From: Octopus vulgaris
Taxonomy: Eukaryota
DNA length: 64,000 nucleotides
Assembly (NCBI GenBank): GCA_951406725.2
Contig: OX597842.1
Location: 2,914,001 to 2,978,000 of the forward strand
Reading direction: 5' to 3'
The notes beneath the pieces are model-generated. The model saw only the letters and a list, made by a program, of their open reading frames with translations. It did not search any database and was not told the origin of the DNA. A program made the translations under genes and the position numbers. Below are positions 1 to 12,166 of the stretch, piece by piece. The first letter of the stretch is position 1, and each line of letters opens with the position of its first letter.

Positions 1-83
1 AGCACAACCATTTTGTGTCTACTTCACACTTGGGAAGTATTTCACTTTTTTTTTAAACAGATGTGTGCAAGAAGCATGTTTGT

Positions 84-142
<59 letters not shown>

Positions 143-185
143 CACACATATATATATAGATATATATATATATCTATATATTTAC

Positions 186-239
<54 letters not shown>

Positions 240-255
240 ATATTTATTTATGTGT

Positions 256-308
<53 letters not shown>

Positions 309-564
309 GAGAGAGAGAGAGAGAGAGAGATGGAGGGAGGGAGGGAGGGGGAGAGAGATTTGCATATATATATATACACACATATATATATATATCATTG
401 CTTGAATGTACATATTAATGTTTATTGTTATGTGAAGTTATATATAAAAATGTTTCTGTACACACACACACAAACACACATAATATATGTATGTAGAATT
501 GCTAATGTTTGTTTTTATGTGAGACGATATATAAAAACAATTTAATTTTAAGTTGAGAGAATAT

Positions 565-728
565 GGTGGCAAGCTGGCAGAACCGTTCTTGTGCTATGCG
601 AAATGTTCAGCGGCATTACATCCATCTCAACATTCTAAGTTAAAATTTCGCCAAGGTAGACTTTGCCTTTCGTCCTTTCAAAGCCAGTAAAATAAGTACC
701 AGCTGAACACTGGGGTCGATGTAATTGA

Positions 729-732
<4 letters not shown>
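565..732 (+). mobile_element. SINE family B, diverged copy
   Basis: Matches the family core GACTTTGCCTTTCRTCCTTTC...AAGTACCAG...CACTGGGGTCGAT seen reversed at 2401-2630, 6550-6780 and 19308-19533. Confidence 0.75.
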
Positions 733-769
<37 letters not shown>

Positions 770-771
<2 letters not shown>

Positions 772-1015
772 ATGCACCCCCTTTTAAAGCCTAACTAGGC
801 TCATGTGCCCGGTTTCTATGGCATATGTGTTCCCCAGCTGGACAGGATGCCAATCCATCGCAGCGTTACTCATTTTTGCCAGCTCAGTGAACTGGAGCAA
901 CAAGAAATGAAGTGTTTTGCTCAAGAACACAACATGTCGCCCAATCCTAGAATTGAAACCACAATCTTATGATCATGATGCTGACACACTAACCACTAAG
1001 CCATGCGCCTCCATA
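770..1015 (-). mobile_element. tRNA-derived SINE (family D-related head, V-domain-like body)
   Basis: Minus strand has A-box TGGCTTAGTGGTT and a degenerate B-box, then TTCTTGAGCAAAACACTT...GCTCCAGTTCACT (shared with 29998-30321), then GCGATGGATTGGCATCCTGTCCAG; flanked by (TA)n. Confidence 0.75.
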
Positions 1016-1089
1016 TATATATAAACACTCGTAACACACATATGTTCTGAGAATGTAATATTCTCAAATATGGTGCACTTCATATTTAA

Positions 1090-1170
1090 GGCTCTGATGA
1101 AGCTATAGTATGTTATCTGGGTACTCAGCTAAGACTCCACCACAACTCACAGCAGAAACATCTGTAAGCT
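1090..1170 (+). ncRNA. Minimal type-I hammerhead ribozyme motif
   Basis: GGCT-CTGATGA-AGCT...AGCA-GAAAC-ATCT-GTA^AGCT; stem I GGCT/AGCT, core intact. Confidence 0.65.
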
Positions 1171-1610
1171 AATGAAGTTCATTACATACCCTTTGTTTTT
1201 TCTGGTGTCATTTCTTTGTTCTTATTGCCTCTCTCTACTCATCTAACATTGTGTTCTGGAACATAAAATGTATTGAGTTCTATACCATGATATTAGTCTT
1301 ACTATGCCTAAGCAAAATATTAACATATTTTTTTCAGGAGTGGCTGTGTGGTAAGTAGCTTGCTTACCAACCACATGGTTCTGGGTTTAGTCCCACTGTG
1401 TGTACCTTAGGCAAGTGTCTTCTACTGTAGCCTCGGGCTGACAAAAGCCTTGTGAGTGGATTTGGTAGATTTGGCCAATAATCACTTTCTATTGAAAGAA
1501 CTGACCAGCAGTATAGAAGTAAACATATTTCTTCTCCTTTCTCTCTTCCTTCTTTCTTACCTTCTCTTTTCCATTGACATTCCTTTCAGATACAAAGGCA
1601 CACACACACA

Positions 1611-1644
<34 letters not shown>

Positions 1645-1897
1645 CTCTCACTTTCTCCCCATTCCTCACCCTCTATTACTATCCTATATCTCTCTCCACA
1701 CCTATACACTCAGTAATACTATAAAAAGAGAAGAATCTCCTCAAAAAATTCAATCAGAAGAATCCACTAGAGTGGATGCAAGCGTTAATATATATAAGTT
1801 AATATATAATTTATAAAAACATGTGACATATTAATAAAAATCTGTAAATATAAAACCATCCAGATTTCTGAGTACCTTATTTCTTCTAATATACACC

Positions 1898-1956
<59 letters not shown>

Positions 1957-2130
1957 ACACACACAGGGTTTCAAAAGTCTCTCCACAGTAAGTATTTAAT
2001 GGTTTTTGGGTGATTCTTTTACACTGATCCTTTATTTGCTCCCCAGAAAACAAAGTCTGGCATTCGCTCAATTTGAATTTTTATTCACATACATGGTAAC
2101 CCTAGAAACACAGTAACAAATAGATACATT

Positions 2131-2166
<36 letters not shown>

Positions 2167-2168
<2 letters not shown>

Positions 2169-2325
2169 AAAAGCAATAAAGATTCAAGTTAATTTAAATG
2201 AATTTACTTGAATATGGTACCTAACTTAGATGCACCAAAAAAACTATACTGATTTAACAATACAGTAATGTGGGGTGATTATAAGCGAGAATGAAGCAAC
2301 AAGAATGGATAGGTTTTTAGTACAA
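2167..2325 (-). mobile_element. Short PLE-like insertion flanked by a long direct duplication of the target
   Basis: Homologous to 32473-32658; 2093-2166 is repeated at 2325-2400 (ATGGTAACCCTAGAAACACAGTAACAAATAGATACATTCATAC plus (TA)n). Confidence 0.6.
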
Positions 2326-2362
2326 TGGTAACCCTAGAAACACAGTAACAAATAGATACATT

Positions 2363-2400
<38 letters not shown>

Positions 2401-2403
<3 letters not shown>

Positions 2404-2630
2404 CTTTACTGCCCACAAGGGGTTAAACACAGAGGTGACAAACAAGGACAGACAAAGGGATTAAGTCGATTACATCAACCCCAGTATGAAACTGGTACAT
2501 TATTTATCGACCCAGAAAGGATGAAAGGCAAAGTCGACCTCGGCGGAATTTGAACCCAGAACATAGCGGCAGACGAAATACCGCTAAGCATTTCGCCCGA
2601 CATGCTAACGTTTCTGCCAGCTCACCGCCT
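2401..2630 (-). mobile_element. SINE family B, full length
   Basis: Minus: GGCGGTGAGCTGGCAGAAACGTTAGC...GGGTTCAAATTCCGCCGAGG (B-box)...GCCTTTCATCCTTTC..GGTCGATAAAT..GTACCAG; several near-identical copies in the window. Confidence 0.85.
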
Positions 2631-2784
2631 CATACATATATATATATGATGGGCTTCTTTCAGTTTCTGTCTACCAAATCCATTCACAAGACTTCGGTCT
2701 ACCCAAAGTGTCACGCAGTGGGACTGAACCCGTTAAACATGTGGTTGGAAAGCAAACATCATACCACACAGCCACACTCACATC

Positions 2785-2821
<37 letters not shown>

Positions 2822-2959
2822 AAATATTCACAGGTACACACACACACACACACATAGAGAGAGAGCTAAATGGCTTCCTGTATGTATTCATGTGTATTTC
2901 TGTGTTGACAGAAAGATGCATATCAGTCATGTGTGTGTGAGTGTATATATATATAGATA

Positions 2960-2994
<35 letters not shown>

Positions 2995-3068
2995 GCAATC
3001 ATACAGTTATCTACATAGGAATACATACATGCATAAATATGTAGACACACACACACAGGTACATATGG

Positions 3069-3110
<42 letters not shown>

Positions 3111-3212
3111 ACAAACACACACATACACATACATATGGGCACACACATATATATACACATACAAACACACACACACATACATACATATGGACACACATAC
3201 ACACATATATAT

Positions 3213-3243
<31 letters not shown>

Positions 3244-3778
3244 CATACACACACATATATATACACACACATATATATATACCTAGAGAGAAGAAGTGCA
3301 GTTAAACTGTGGCCTGTTAAAAGGTTTATGCAAAACAAGATTAAGTTGGTTGAACGTCTTACTTCAGGGCAGACATAATTGAATTGTGACAAATGTTAAC
3401 CTCACTTTCTCTCTCTCCCCCTCACACATTTCTCACCCTTTCTTTTTCTCCTCTCCTCCTCCATCTATCTATCTGCCTTTCCTTCTTTTTTTCCTTTTTT
3501 CTTCCTATGTCCTCATCATGTTTCTCCTCTCTTCATTCTGTCTCCATTGCATCACTGTCTTTCTCATTTCTCTTACGAGCATCTGTGTGTGTATATGTGT
3601 GTATAGATAGACTGATATGTAGAGATTTATATATACATATATAAATATACGTATCAATCTACACACACACAAACATATATATATATATACCATTGTACAT
3701 CTATCTATCTATCTCTAAATATTAATCTATATCTATCTGATTATCTAGCTACCTAAATACATTCTATGCCAAACTATA

Positions 3779-3832
<54 letters not shown>

Positions 3833-3881
3833 GTATGTATATATGTATCTATATATATATTATATATGTACATTATATATA

Positions 3882-3921
<40 letters not shown>

Positions 3922-4042
3922 CATTATATATTTATATATATTTGTACATTATATATATGTGTATATATATATGTTCATTTATATATATATATATTATCTA
4001 CATATGTACATTATATATATATATGTGTATATATATATGCTC

Positions 4043-4111
<69 letters not shown>

Positions 4112-5034
4112 ATCTCTTCCGTATATATGTATCAATGTATAAATATACACACATATATATAAATACACACACACAGACATAGACCTGAATTTATCCACAT
4201 ACACACACTCACAAATTTATACACACACATACCCTTACACACACCTCTCAAGCATCCCACCTCCCTTTCCTTTCGTTCTCTTCTCTAACTTCTTTCTTTC
4301 TTTCTTTTCTTTCTCCCTACGCCTCTCTCTTCTTCTATTCCTCTTACCCCTCCCCCTTTGTCCTCTTTATCTTCGCTCTGTTTCTCACTCCTCTTCTCAC
4401 AATTTTTTAGTATTTTACCTGTTTCAGTCAGTAGGCCATGGCCATGCTGGGGCATTACCTTGAAAACTTTTTAGCCAAATTAATCGACCCCAGCACTTTA
4501 TTTTTAAGCTTACTATTTATTCTGAGGGCCTCTTCTGCTGAAATGCAACATTACAGGGATGTAAACACACCAACACCGGTTGTCAAATGATGGTGGTAGT
4601 AGGAGTCAAACACAGACACAAAGACTCACACACATAAACACATATATGTGTATGTATATACACGATAGGCTTCATTCAGTTTCCATCTGCCAAATCCATT
4701 CTCCAGGATTTGGTTGACCCAAGGTTATAGTAGAGGGCACTTTCTCTAAGTGCCAAGCGGTGGGACTGAACCTGGAATCATGTGGTTGGAAAGCAAGCTT
4801 CTTACCACACAGCCACGCCTGTATCTACATTTTAAATGTGTGTGTGTGTGTATGGGTGCAGCAGTCTATAAATCTATCTACCTATCGTCTTACCTACAAA
4901 CTGATCTACCTACTGTCCAATCTATATCTTTCTGTCTCACACATGCAAATGTATGTGTGTGTGTGTGTGTTAGTGTGTTTGTGTGTAAGTGTGTAAGTGT
5001 GTGTGCGTGTGAGAGTGTGTGCGTGTGTGTGTAT

Positions 5035-5510
5035 AAAGGGAGCAAAAGAGAGTGAGAGAAAAAGAAAGTCAGAGAAACAAAGAGAGAGAGAGAAGAAAGG
5101 GAGAGAGAGAAGAAAGAGAGAGAGAGAAAAAGAGAGAGAGAGAAGAAAAAGAGAGAGAGAAGAAAAAGAGAGAGAGAGAAGAAAGAGAGAGAGAACAAAG
5201 GGAGTAAGAAAGAGGAACAAAGAGAATAAGAAAGGAACAAAGAGAGAGAAACAAAGCAGGAGAGAGAGGAACAAAGAGAGAGATCAAAGAGAGAGAGAGA
5301 GAGAGAGAGGGAAGAACAAAGAGAAAGAGAGTAAGAATGAGAGTGCAAGAGAGAGAGAGAGAGAGAGTGAAATATTACAATTTATTAACTGAACACAATT
5401 AATGCAAACTTTCCCCCTCTTCAAACAGAAAAATAGAAATATACTCACACACATAAACAGAGAAAGAGAGAGAGAGAGAGGGAGGGAAAGAGAAAGAAGG
5501 AAAGAGAGAT
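5035..5510 (+). repeat. GA-rich polypurine low-complexity tract
   Basis: Degenerate (GA)n/(GAA)n for about 470 bp. Confidence 0.9.
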
Positions 5511-5769
5511 AGATGAAAGGGGTTAAAGGGACAACAGAGTTAGGGGCACAGAGATGTAGGGGAGGGCGGTTGGAGTCAAGTTGGACCTTAATCAAATCAG
5601 TAATCCCAAAACTGATTAAGGTTTATCAGGAAGGATATACTGTATTTGAGGAAAGTTTCATTAATATGAATATTTTGGGGATCTGGTGGGGAGAAGGGGA
5701 TGTTAGGGTTTAAGGGTAGTGGGGGGGGGGGCAATCAGCATTTTGATGGCTGGGGTGTCAATCAGCATT

Positions 5770-5804
<35 letters not shown>

Positions 5805-6032
5805 GATATTTATGTACTCACATGCATATACACGCATAAATATAGATATTCAGGACTCAAAGATTTTAAGAATAAATTAATAAAATACATATATGCATAC
5901 ATACATGAATATATTTAAAGTGTGTACATAAATAGAAAAATAGACACAGACAGAGAGGAATGTAGACAAAGAGATAGATAGATAGATAGATAGACAGCTA
6001 ACGGTAGATATAGATAGACAGATAGATAGATA

Positions 6033-6442
6033 CTCTTTTACTGGTTTCAGTCATTTGACTGTGGCCATGCTGGAGCACCGCCTTTTAGCCGAGCAAACCG
6101 ACCCCCAGGACATATTCTTTGTAAGCCTAGTACTTATTCTATCGGTCTCTTTTGCTGAACTGCTAAGTTAAGGAGATGTAAACATACCAGCATCGGTTGT
6201 CAAGCGATGTTGGGGGGACAAACACTGACACACAAACATATGCACACACACACACTCACACATATATATATATATACATATATACATCAGGCTTCTTTCA
6301 GCTTCCGTCTACCAAATCCACTCACAAGGCTTTGGTTGGCCTGAGGATATACTAGAAGACACTTGTCCAAGGTGCCATGCAGTGGGATTGAACCTGGAAC
6401 CATGTGGTTCGTAAGCAAGCTACTTACCACACAGCCACTCCT
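6033..6442 (-). mobile_element. SINE family A, full length
   Basis: tRNA-like head (TGGCTGTGTGGTAA...GGTTCARTCCC), CCTTGGRCAAGTGTCTT, internal (TA)/(TG) microsatellite, tail GACTGAAAC..GTAAAAGAGT; about 30 whole or partial copies in the window. Confidence 0.9.
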
Positions 6443-6447
6443 TCAGC

Positions 6448-6479
<32 letters not shown>

Positions 6480-6549
6480 GATAGAAATCAGTTTAAAAGG
6501 CCTTATATGTATATTGTGAATCCATACTATCATACACACACTTTACTCA

Positions 6550-6780
6550 TTTCTTTATTACCCACAAGGGGCTAAACACAGAGGGGATGAACAAGGACAG
6601 ACACACGAATTAAATCGATTATATCGACCCCAGTGCGTAACTGGTACTTAATTTATCGACCCCAAAAGGATGAAAGGCAAAGTCGACCTCGGTGGAATTT
6701 GAACTCAGAACGTAGCGGCAGACGAAATACCGCTAGGCATTTCACCCTGTGTGCTAACGTTTCTGCCAGCTCTCCGCCTT
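6550..6780 (-). mobile_element. SINE family B, full length
   Basis: Near-identical to 2401-2630. Confidence 0.85.
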
Positions 6781-7062
6781 ATACACACACATTACTGTGT
6801 AGCAACATCTGATAGCCTGGTCAGTCACGTGATATATATATATATATATATATATGTAGTCTGCGATTTTGTCATGGACAGGAATAAAGGGCCAACGTGA
6901 AATCATGCATTAAACTTGGGTAGTCTACTATGGAAACATTGAGCATGCTTACAGTGATGAGGCAATGGGTCATGCACAATGTCTAGAGTGACACAGGTGC
7001 TCCAAAATTGGAAGAATGTCTCTGGAAGGCCTACCATGAGCATCATCCCTGGAATTGTGGTA

Positions 7063-7460
7063 TTACTCTTTACTCTTTTACTTGTTTCAGTCATTCGACT
7101 GCGGCCATGCAGGAGCACCGCCTTTAGTCGAGCAAATCGACCCTGGGACTTATTCTTTGTAAGCCCAGTACTTATTCTATCAGTCTCTTTTGTCAAACCG
7201 CTAAGTAAACACACCAGCATCGGTTGTCAAGCAATGCTAGGGGGACAAACACAGACACACAAACATACATACACACATACATACATACATATATACATAT
7301 ATACGACAGGCTTCTTTCAGTTTCCGTCTACCAAATCCACTCACAAGGCATTGGTCGGCCCGGGGCTATAGCAGAAGACACTTGCCCAAGATGCCACGCA
7401 GTGGGACTGAACCCGGAACCATGTGGTTGGTTAACAAGCTACTTACCACACAGCCACTCC
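7063..7460 (-). mobile_element. SINE family A, full length, inside the mariner
   Basis: Full head-to-tail match to family A. Confidence 0.9.
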
Positions 7461-7786
7461 GGCGTATTGTGCATCAAGAATTTGTTCCACAGGGACAGAT
7501 TATCAATCGAGAGGTCTACTGTAAAACTTTGAAGTTTTTGAGGGGGGACATTTGGTGGAAGCACCAGATCTGTAGAGCACAAAGAATTGGAATACTTCAT
7601 GATGACGACACACCCTGTCACTGACTTCTCCTGACTCATGAGTCTCTTGCCTAAAACAACATGGCATTGTTTCCACACACACCAGATTTAGCACCTGGGA
7701 ACTTCCCATCTCTTCCACAAGATTAAAATGCAGCTCAGAGGTTGCTGTTTTAACACCATTGTCAAAATCAGAGCAAAATGCAGAAG

Positions 7787-8172
7787 TACATTATTTACAT
7801 TATTTACATTATTTACATTTGACAGATTTTTGTCCTCATCTTGTTTGTTGTTAACACAATGTTTCGGCTGATATACCTTCCAGCCTTCATCAGAAATTTC
7901 GAACCTGAGTTCTCATCCCTCAGGTATTTTTGATGTTATTATTATTACTTTTATTATTACTATTATTATTACTATTATTATTATTATTATTGTTATTGTT
8001 ATTGTTCAGGTCACTGCTTGGAATTGAACTCGGAATCTTGGGGTGCTCTTAACCACTACAACCATATGCCCATGGGCCTGAAGAAGGCTGGAGAGTATAT
8101 CAGCTGAAACATTGTGATGAGAACAAATATTCATCAAATGTACATAATTCCTCACCTCTGAAATATAGAAAT
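7787..8172 (-). mobile_element. tRNA-headed SINE with hammerhead-like PLE-type tail and inverted 5' duplication
   Basis: TSD TGCAGAAG (7779-7786/8173-8180). Minus strand: A-box (8051-8064), B-box (8020-8029), (AAT)n, CTGATGA-AGGCTG..CAGCC-GAAAC, then (AATGTAAATA)x3. Inverted copy of the tail at 8078-8142 plus ~30 nt extension. Confidence 0.7.
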
Positions 8173-9221
8173 TGCAGAAGGTCCTCAACTCGTTTATGGA
8201 AACGACTTCCAGATTGCAAAAGTGGCAGGAACACTGGAACCAGTGTATTGCTGTACAAGGAGAGTATTTTACAGGATATGATGTAAAATCTTAGATAAAT
8301 AAGTTATGATGAGCAATAACTCTGAAACTAGTCTCTGGATGCTGGCTTTGCTGGGCAGAGGTGCTTATCTCCCCTGTTTGAAAACATAAGGACACAGGAA
8401 ATTTGTCAAGTCCAACAGGAAACAGCGTTTCCTAGGGCTAAATAACAGTAGCATTCTTCCCTTTCATGGGACCGTCACATTAAGTTGACAACATACTATC
8501 ATTTTATCATGCTGCTACAGCGTAAATCTCTCTGAGAGATTTAGAAATATAATATTTCCAAGGTATGTTGTATTAAACATAATTAGTCCAAGAACCTTGT
8601 ATTACTGCATTAGAGAAGCGTGATCTGTAGGTTTTAGTTTGTTTTGGTGAAGTGAAAGACGTCTGTCCATTATGCCTCAGGTTGTTAACTGAAATATACT
8701 AATTTCAGTCACTAGACTGAGGCCATGCTGGAGCACTCCTTGAAGGGTTTTATCAAAACAGGTCAACCCCAGTATTTATTTTAAGCTTATTGTATCATTC
8801 TCTTTTGTTGATCTGCTGAGTTAAGGAGATGTAATCAAACCAACACCAGTTGACAACCAATGAGGAAGACAAACATAAACATTCTTCTATACAGCTTCCA
8901 TACATACATAACACAGTAGAGTGTGATTTGAGAAATATTTAGCTGCTATTTCATGCAAGAGTATCTACCATGCAGGGGTCTCACTCTCTTGATCATACAT
9001 ATATACATACATAAGACAGTAGGGTGTGATTTGAAGGAGATTTCACTATTTCTACCAGATCTAGCTACTATATCGAGCCCCCACCATTGGCTCATACACA
9101 CACATATATACACAAACATAAGACAGTAAGGTATCATTTGGGTGAGATTTGGCTGCTATTTCCAAGAGATCTAGCTATCATGTAGGGCTCTCCCTCATTA
9201 GCTCATACATACGTATATACA

Positions 9222-9922
9222 TAATTTAAAATGAGGGTGAGAAATTGGGTATTAATTTAATTAAATTAACATCAATTTAACACCAGTGGTCTAGCATATA
9301 AAATCTGAAGGTTCAGTAAACTGTATTGTATACAAATGAGAGGAATGACCACTATATTGACAACCTTTATGCTAGAAATAGATCCGCTATGGTCTTACCA
9401 CTAAGAAATGTTCTCAAGCAAAATTTGGCAAACACCAGAACGTAAGCAAGCACGACAAATGAAAAGTAACAAAATATAGATTATTCACATACATGTTTCA
9501 CTATTAACATATTACATAATTTTTACTTACGCAATCTGTCCGTAGATCCTCAGTTTGACTGTCTATACAAATGTAATTTGCAGAACTATATTTTTCTGAA
9601 ATATAACCACAAGTGTAATAGGTAGAACTAGATAGAAGTCTGTCCTCATGCAGACGTCCTCATATATAGTTCTGCAAATTATATTCGTATTGACGGTCAC
9701 ACTGAGGATCTACGGACAGATTGCATAAGTAAAAATTACATGTGTTAATAATGAAACACGTATGTGAATAATCTATATTTTGTTACTTTTAATTTGTCTT
9801 GCTTGCTTACGTTCTGGTGTTTGCTAAATTTTTCTTGAGAACATTTCTTAGTGGTAAGACCATAGCGGATCTACTTCTAGCATAAGGGTTGTCCACATAG
9901 TGGACATCCCTCTCATTTGTAT
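9222..9922. mobile_element. PLE-like insertion: ~260-bp inverted arms plus ~100-bp one-sided extension
   Basis: 9329-9592 is the reverse complement of 9664-9922; each arm carries a hammerhead motif; flanked by TA-rich sequence. Confidence 0.75.
9697..9767 (+). ncRNA. Minimal type-I hammerhead ribozyme motif
   Basis: TCACA-CTGAGGA-...-GAAAC-AC-GTA^TGTGA; 5-bp stem I; mirrored on the minus strand at about 9485-9558. Confidence 0.7.
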
Positions 9923-10439
9923 ATATATATACATGCATACATATGTAAGACAGTAGGGTGTGATTTGAGGGAAATTTGGTTGCTATTTCTACCAGATCTA
10001 GCAACCCTGTAGAGGTTTCCCTCATTGGCTCATACATACATATGACAGTAGGGTGTGATTTGAGGGAGATTTGACTTCTGTGTCTAACAGGTCTAGCTCC
10101 CATATAAAGACCATCATTGATAAGTTTTAAGGAAGAATGGTTACTGAAAATGCAAGAGGGTGCTGGAGGGTGGGGGGAGAGAAGTTTTGAGGGTGAGACA
10201 AGGGGTTGGAAGGGACTAATTGAATTTTCGGTAATAAAGCGCGTGAGGAATATCAAAGAAATGCTCCTGAAGCGATTATGGAAGGAGCCGACATCTGAAA
10301 GAAATTGGTGTATAATGGTAAGGAATTGGGGAAAATTGGATTGTATATCCGTGTGGGTGTGTGTGTATGTGTCTGTGACTGCAACATATATGTGTGTGTA
10401 TGTGTGTACATATATGTGTATGCATGTATATATACTTGC

Positions 10440-10472
<33 letters not shown>

Positions 10473-10517
10473 TATACATATTTATATACATATATATACA
10501 CATATATACATATATAA

Positions 10518-10560
<43 letters not shown>

Positions 10561-11367
10561 TATATATATACATATACACACACACATTTGTATATGTATG
10601 TATGTATGCATGTATATATATATAATAAATATGTATAAAAATGAATATGAATGTGTTTGTATATTTGAATGTGTAAGTATGTGTGTGTGTATACATATAT
10701 ATATACACACAAACACACACATATATACACAAATCCACAAACACTATATATGCACATATGTATGTATGCATATATATAAATATATATATATATATATGTA
10801 AATATGAACATAAATGTGTTATGTATACATATGCATGCATTTGAGTGTATAAAATTAGATGCATATGACTGTATGGGGTGTGTTTATTGGTGTATATATT
10901 TATCTATATATGCCTATACATGTGTATGAGTGTATACAAGTGTGTGTGTGAGTATTTGAGAGTGTATGCATATGCTTCTGCACATGTGTGTGTACTTGTG
11001 TGTGTGTATGTATATATATGTATATATACACACACTTGTAATACTATATAAAGTATGTGCATTTATGTATGTGTGAAACTGCACATGGGATGTTTATGTA
11101 AATGGGTGCATTAATACACACACACACACATATATACATATGTATGCATATATATATATATTTCTATATTTACGTACCTATATACATATGTATAATGATA
11201 CACGTATATTTATATTTACATAGCTATATACATACATAGATACATGCTTATATGAATATATTTATACTTACATATAAGTATAGATACATATATGTTTATG
11301 TGTGTATATATATATACACACGTTTGTATACATGTATATCTGTATTTACATAAATATATGGATAGCA

Positions 11368-11410
<43 letters not shown>

Positions 11411-12120
11411 ATATATATAATGACATATGTATGTATATGTACACATACATAAGCATTTCTCAATATGTATAAGTCAATCATATCATACGTGTGTAAAAAT
11501 ATATATCTACACCCTTCCACATATACATGTGCACATAAACTATACATACATTCACACATACATACATATCATCATCTTCATCATTTTAACATCCATTTTT
11601 TTCATACGTATACACACACATACACCTACATATGTACATCTGTATATTTATTTGTTTATATAAAATTAACCGTGTTACCATGGTTACACAGCCTATATAA
11701 AATTCTGGCATCTGGTATCTAGATTGGAATGGTAAAAAATATGACCTGGAAGCTGGCATTGTCTGGAATCAGTGAATGAAGACCACAAGAACGAGAAGGA
11801 TTTGAATGTGGAAAAAAACATTTAAAAATTATTTTGTTGAAATTATAGACCAGTATAAATATTATACAAACAGAAACCACACACACACACACATATGATG
11901 TATATTTATGCAGATTTAGACTTACATGCAAAGGATTATATATACTTGTGAATATACATATACATATGTATGTATGTATATACACACATTAATTTATATA
12001 CATTTATTTGCATATATGTGTATGTACATATTAAGTAAATCTAGTACATCTATATAAATATATAATTTTATGCATATTTATATGTACATATATATATATG
12101 TTTATATATATATATATTTA

Positions 12121-12166
<46 letters not shown>

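Larger units (their letters stand above)
6870..8310 (+). mobile_element. Decayed mariner transposase interrupted by two SINE insertions
   Basis: Fragments translate as RANVKSCIKLG..METLSML..DEAMG (N-terminal HTH), IVHQEFVPQGQIINREVYCKTL, ILHDDDTPCH, PDLAP and KWQEHWNQCIAVQGEYF; many stops and frameshifts. Confidence 0.8.
8895..10110 (+). repeat. Tandem ~105-bp repeat (about 5 units) with CATA spacers, interrupted by 9222-9922
   Basis: Unit GACAGTAGGGTGTGATTTGAGGGAGATTTGGCTGCTATTTCTACCAG..CTAGCTACCATGTAG..CTCCCTCATTGGCTCATACATA. Confidence 0.85.
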
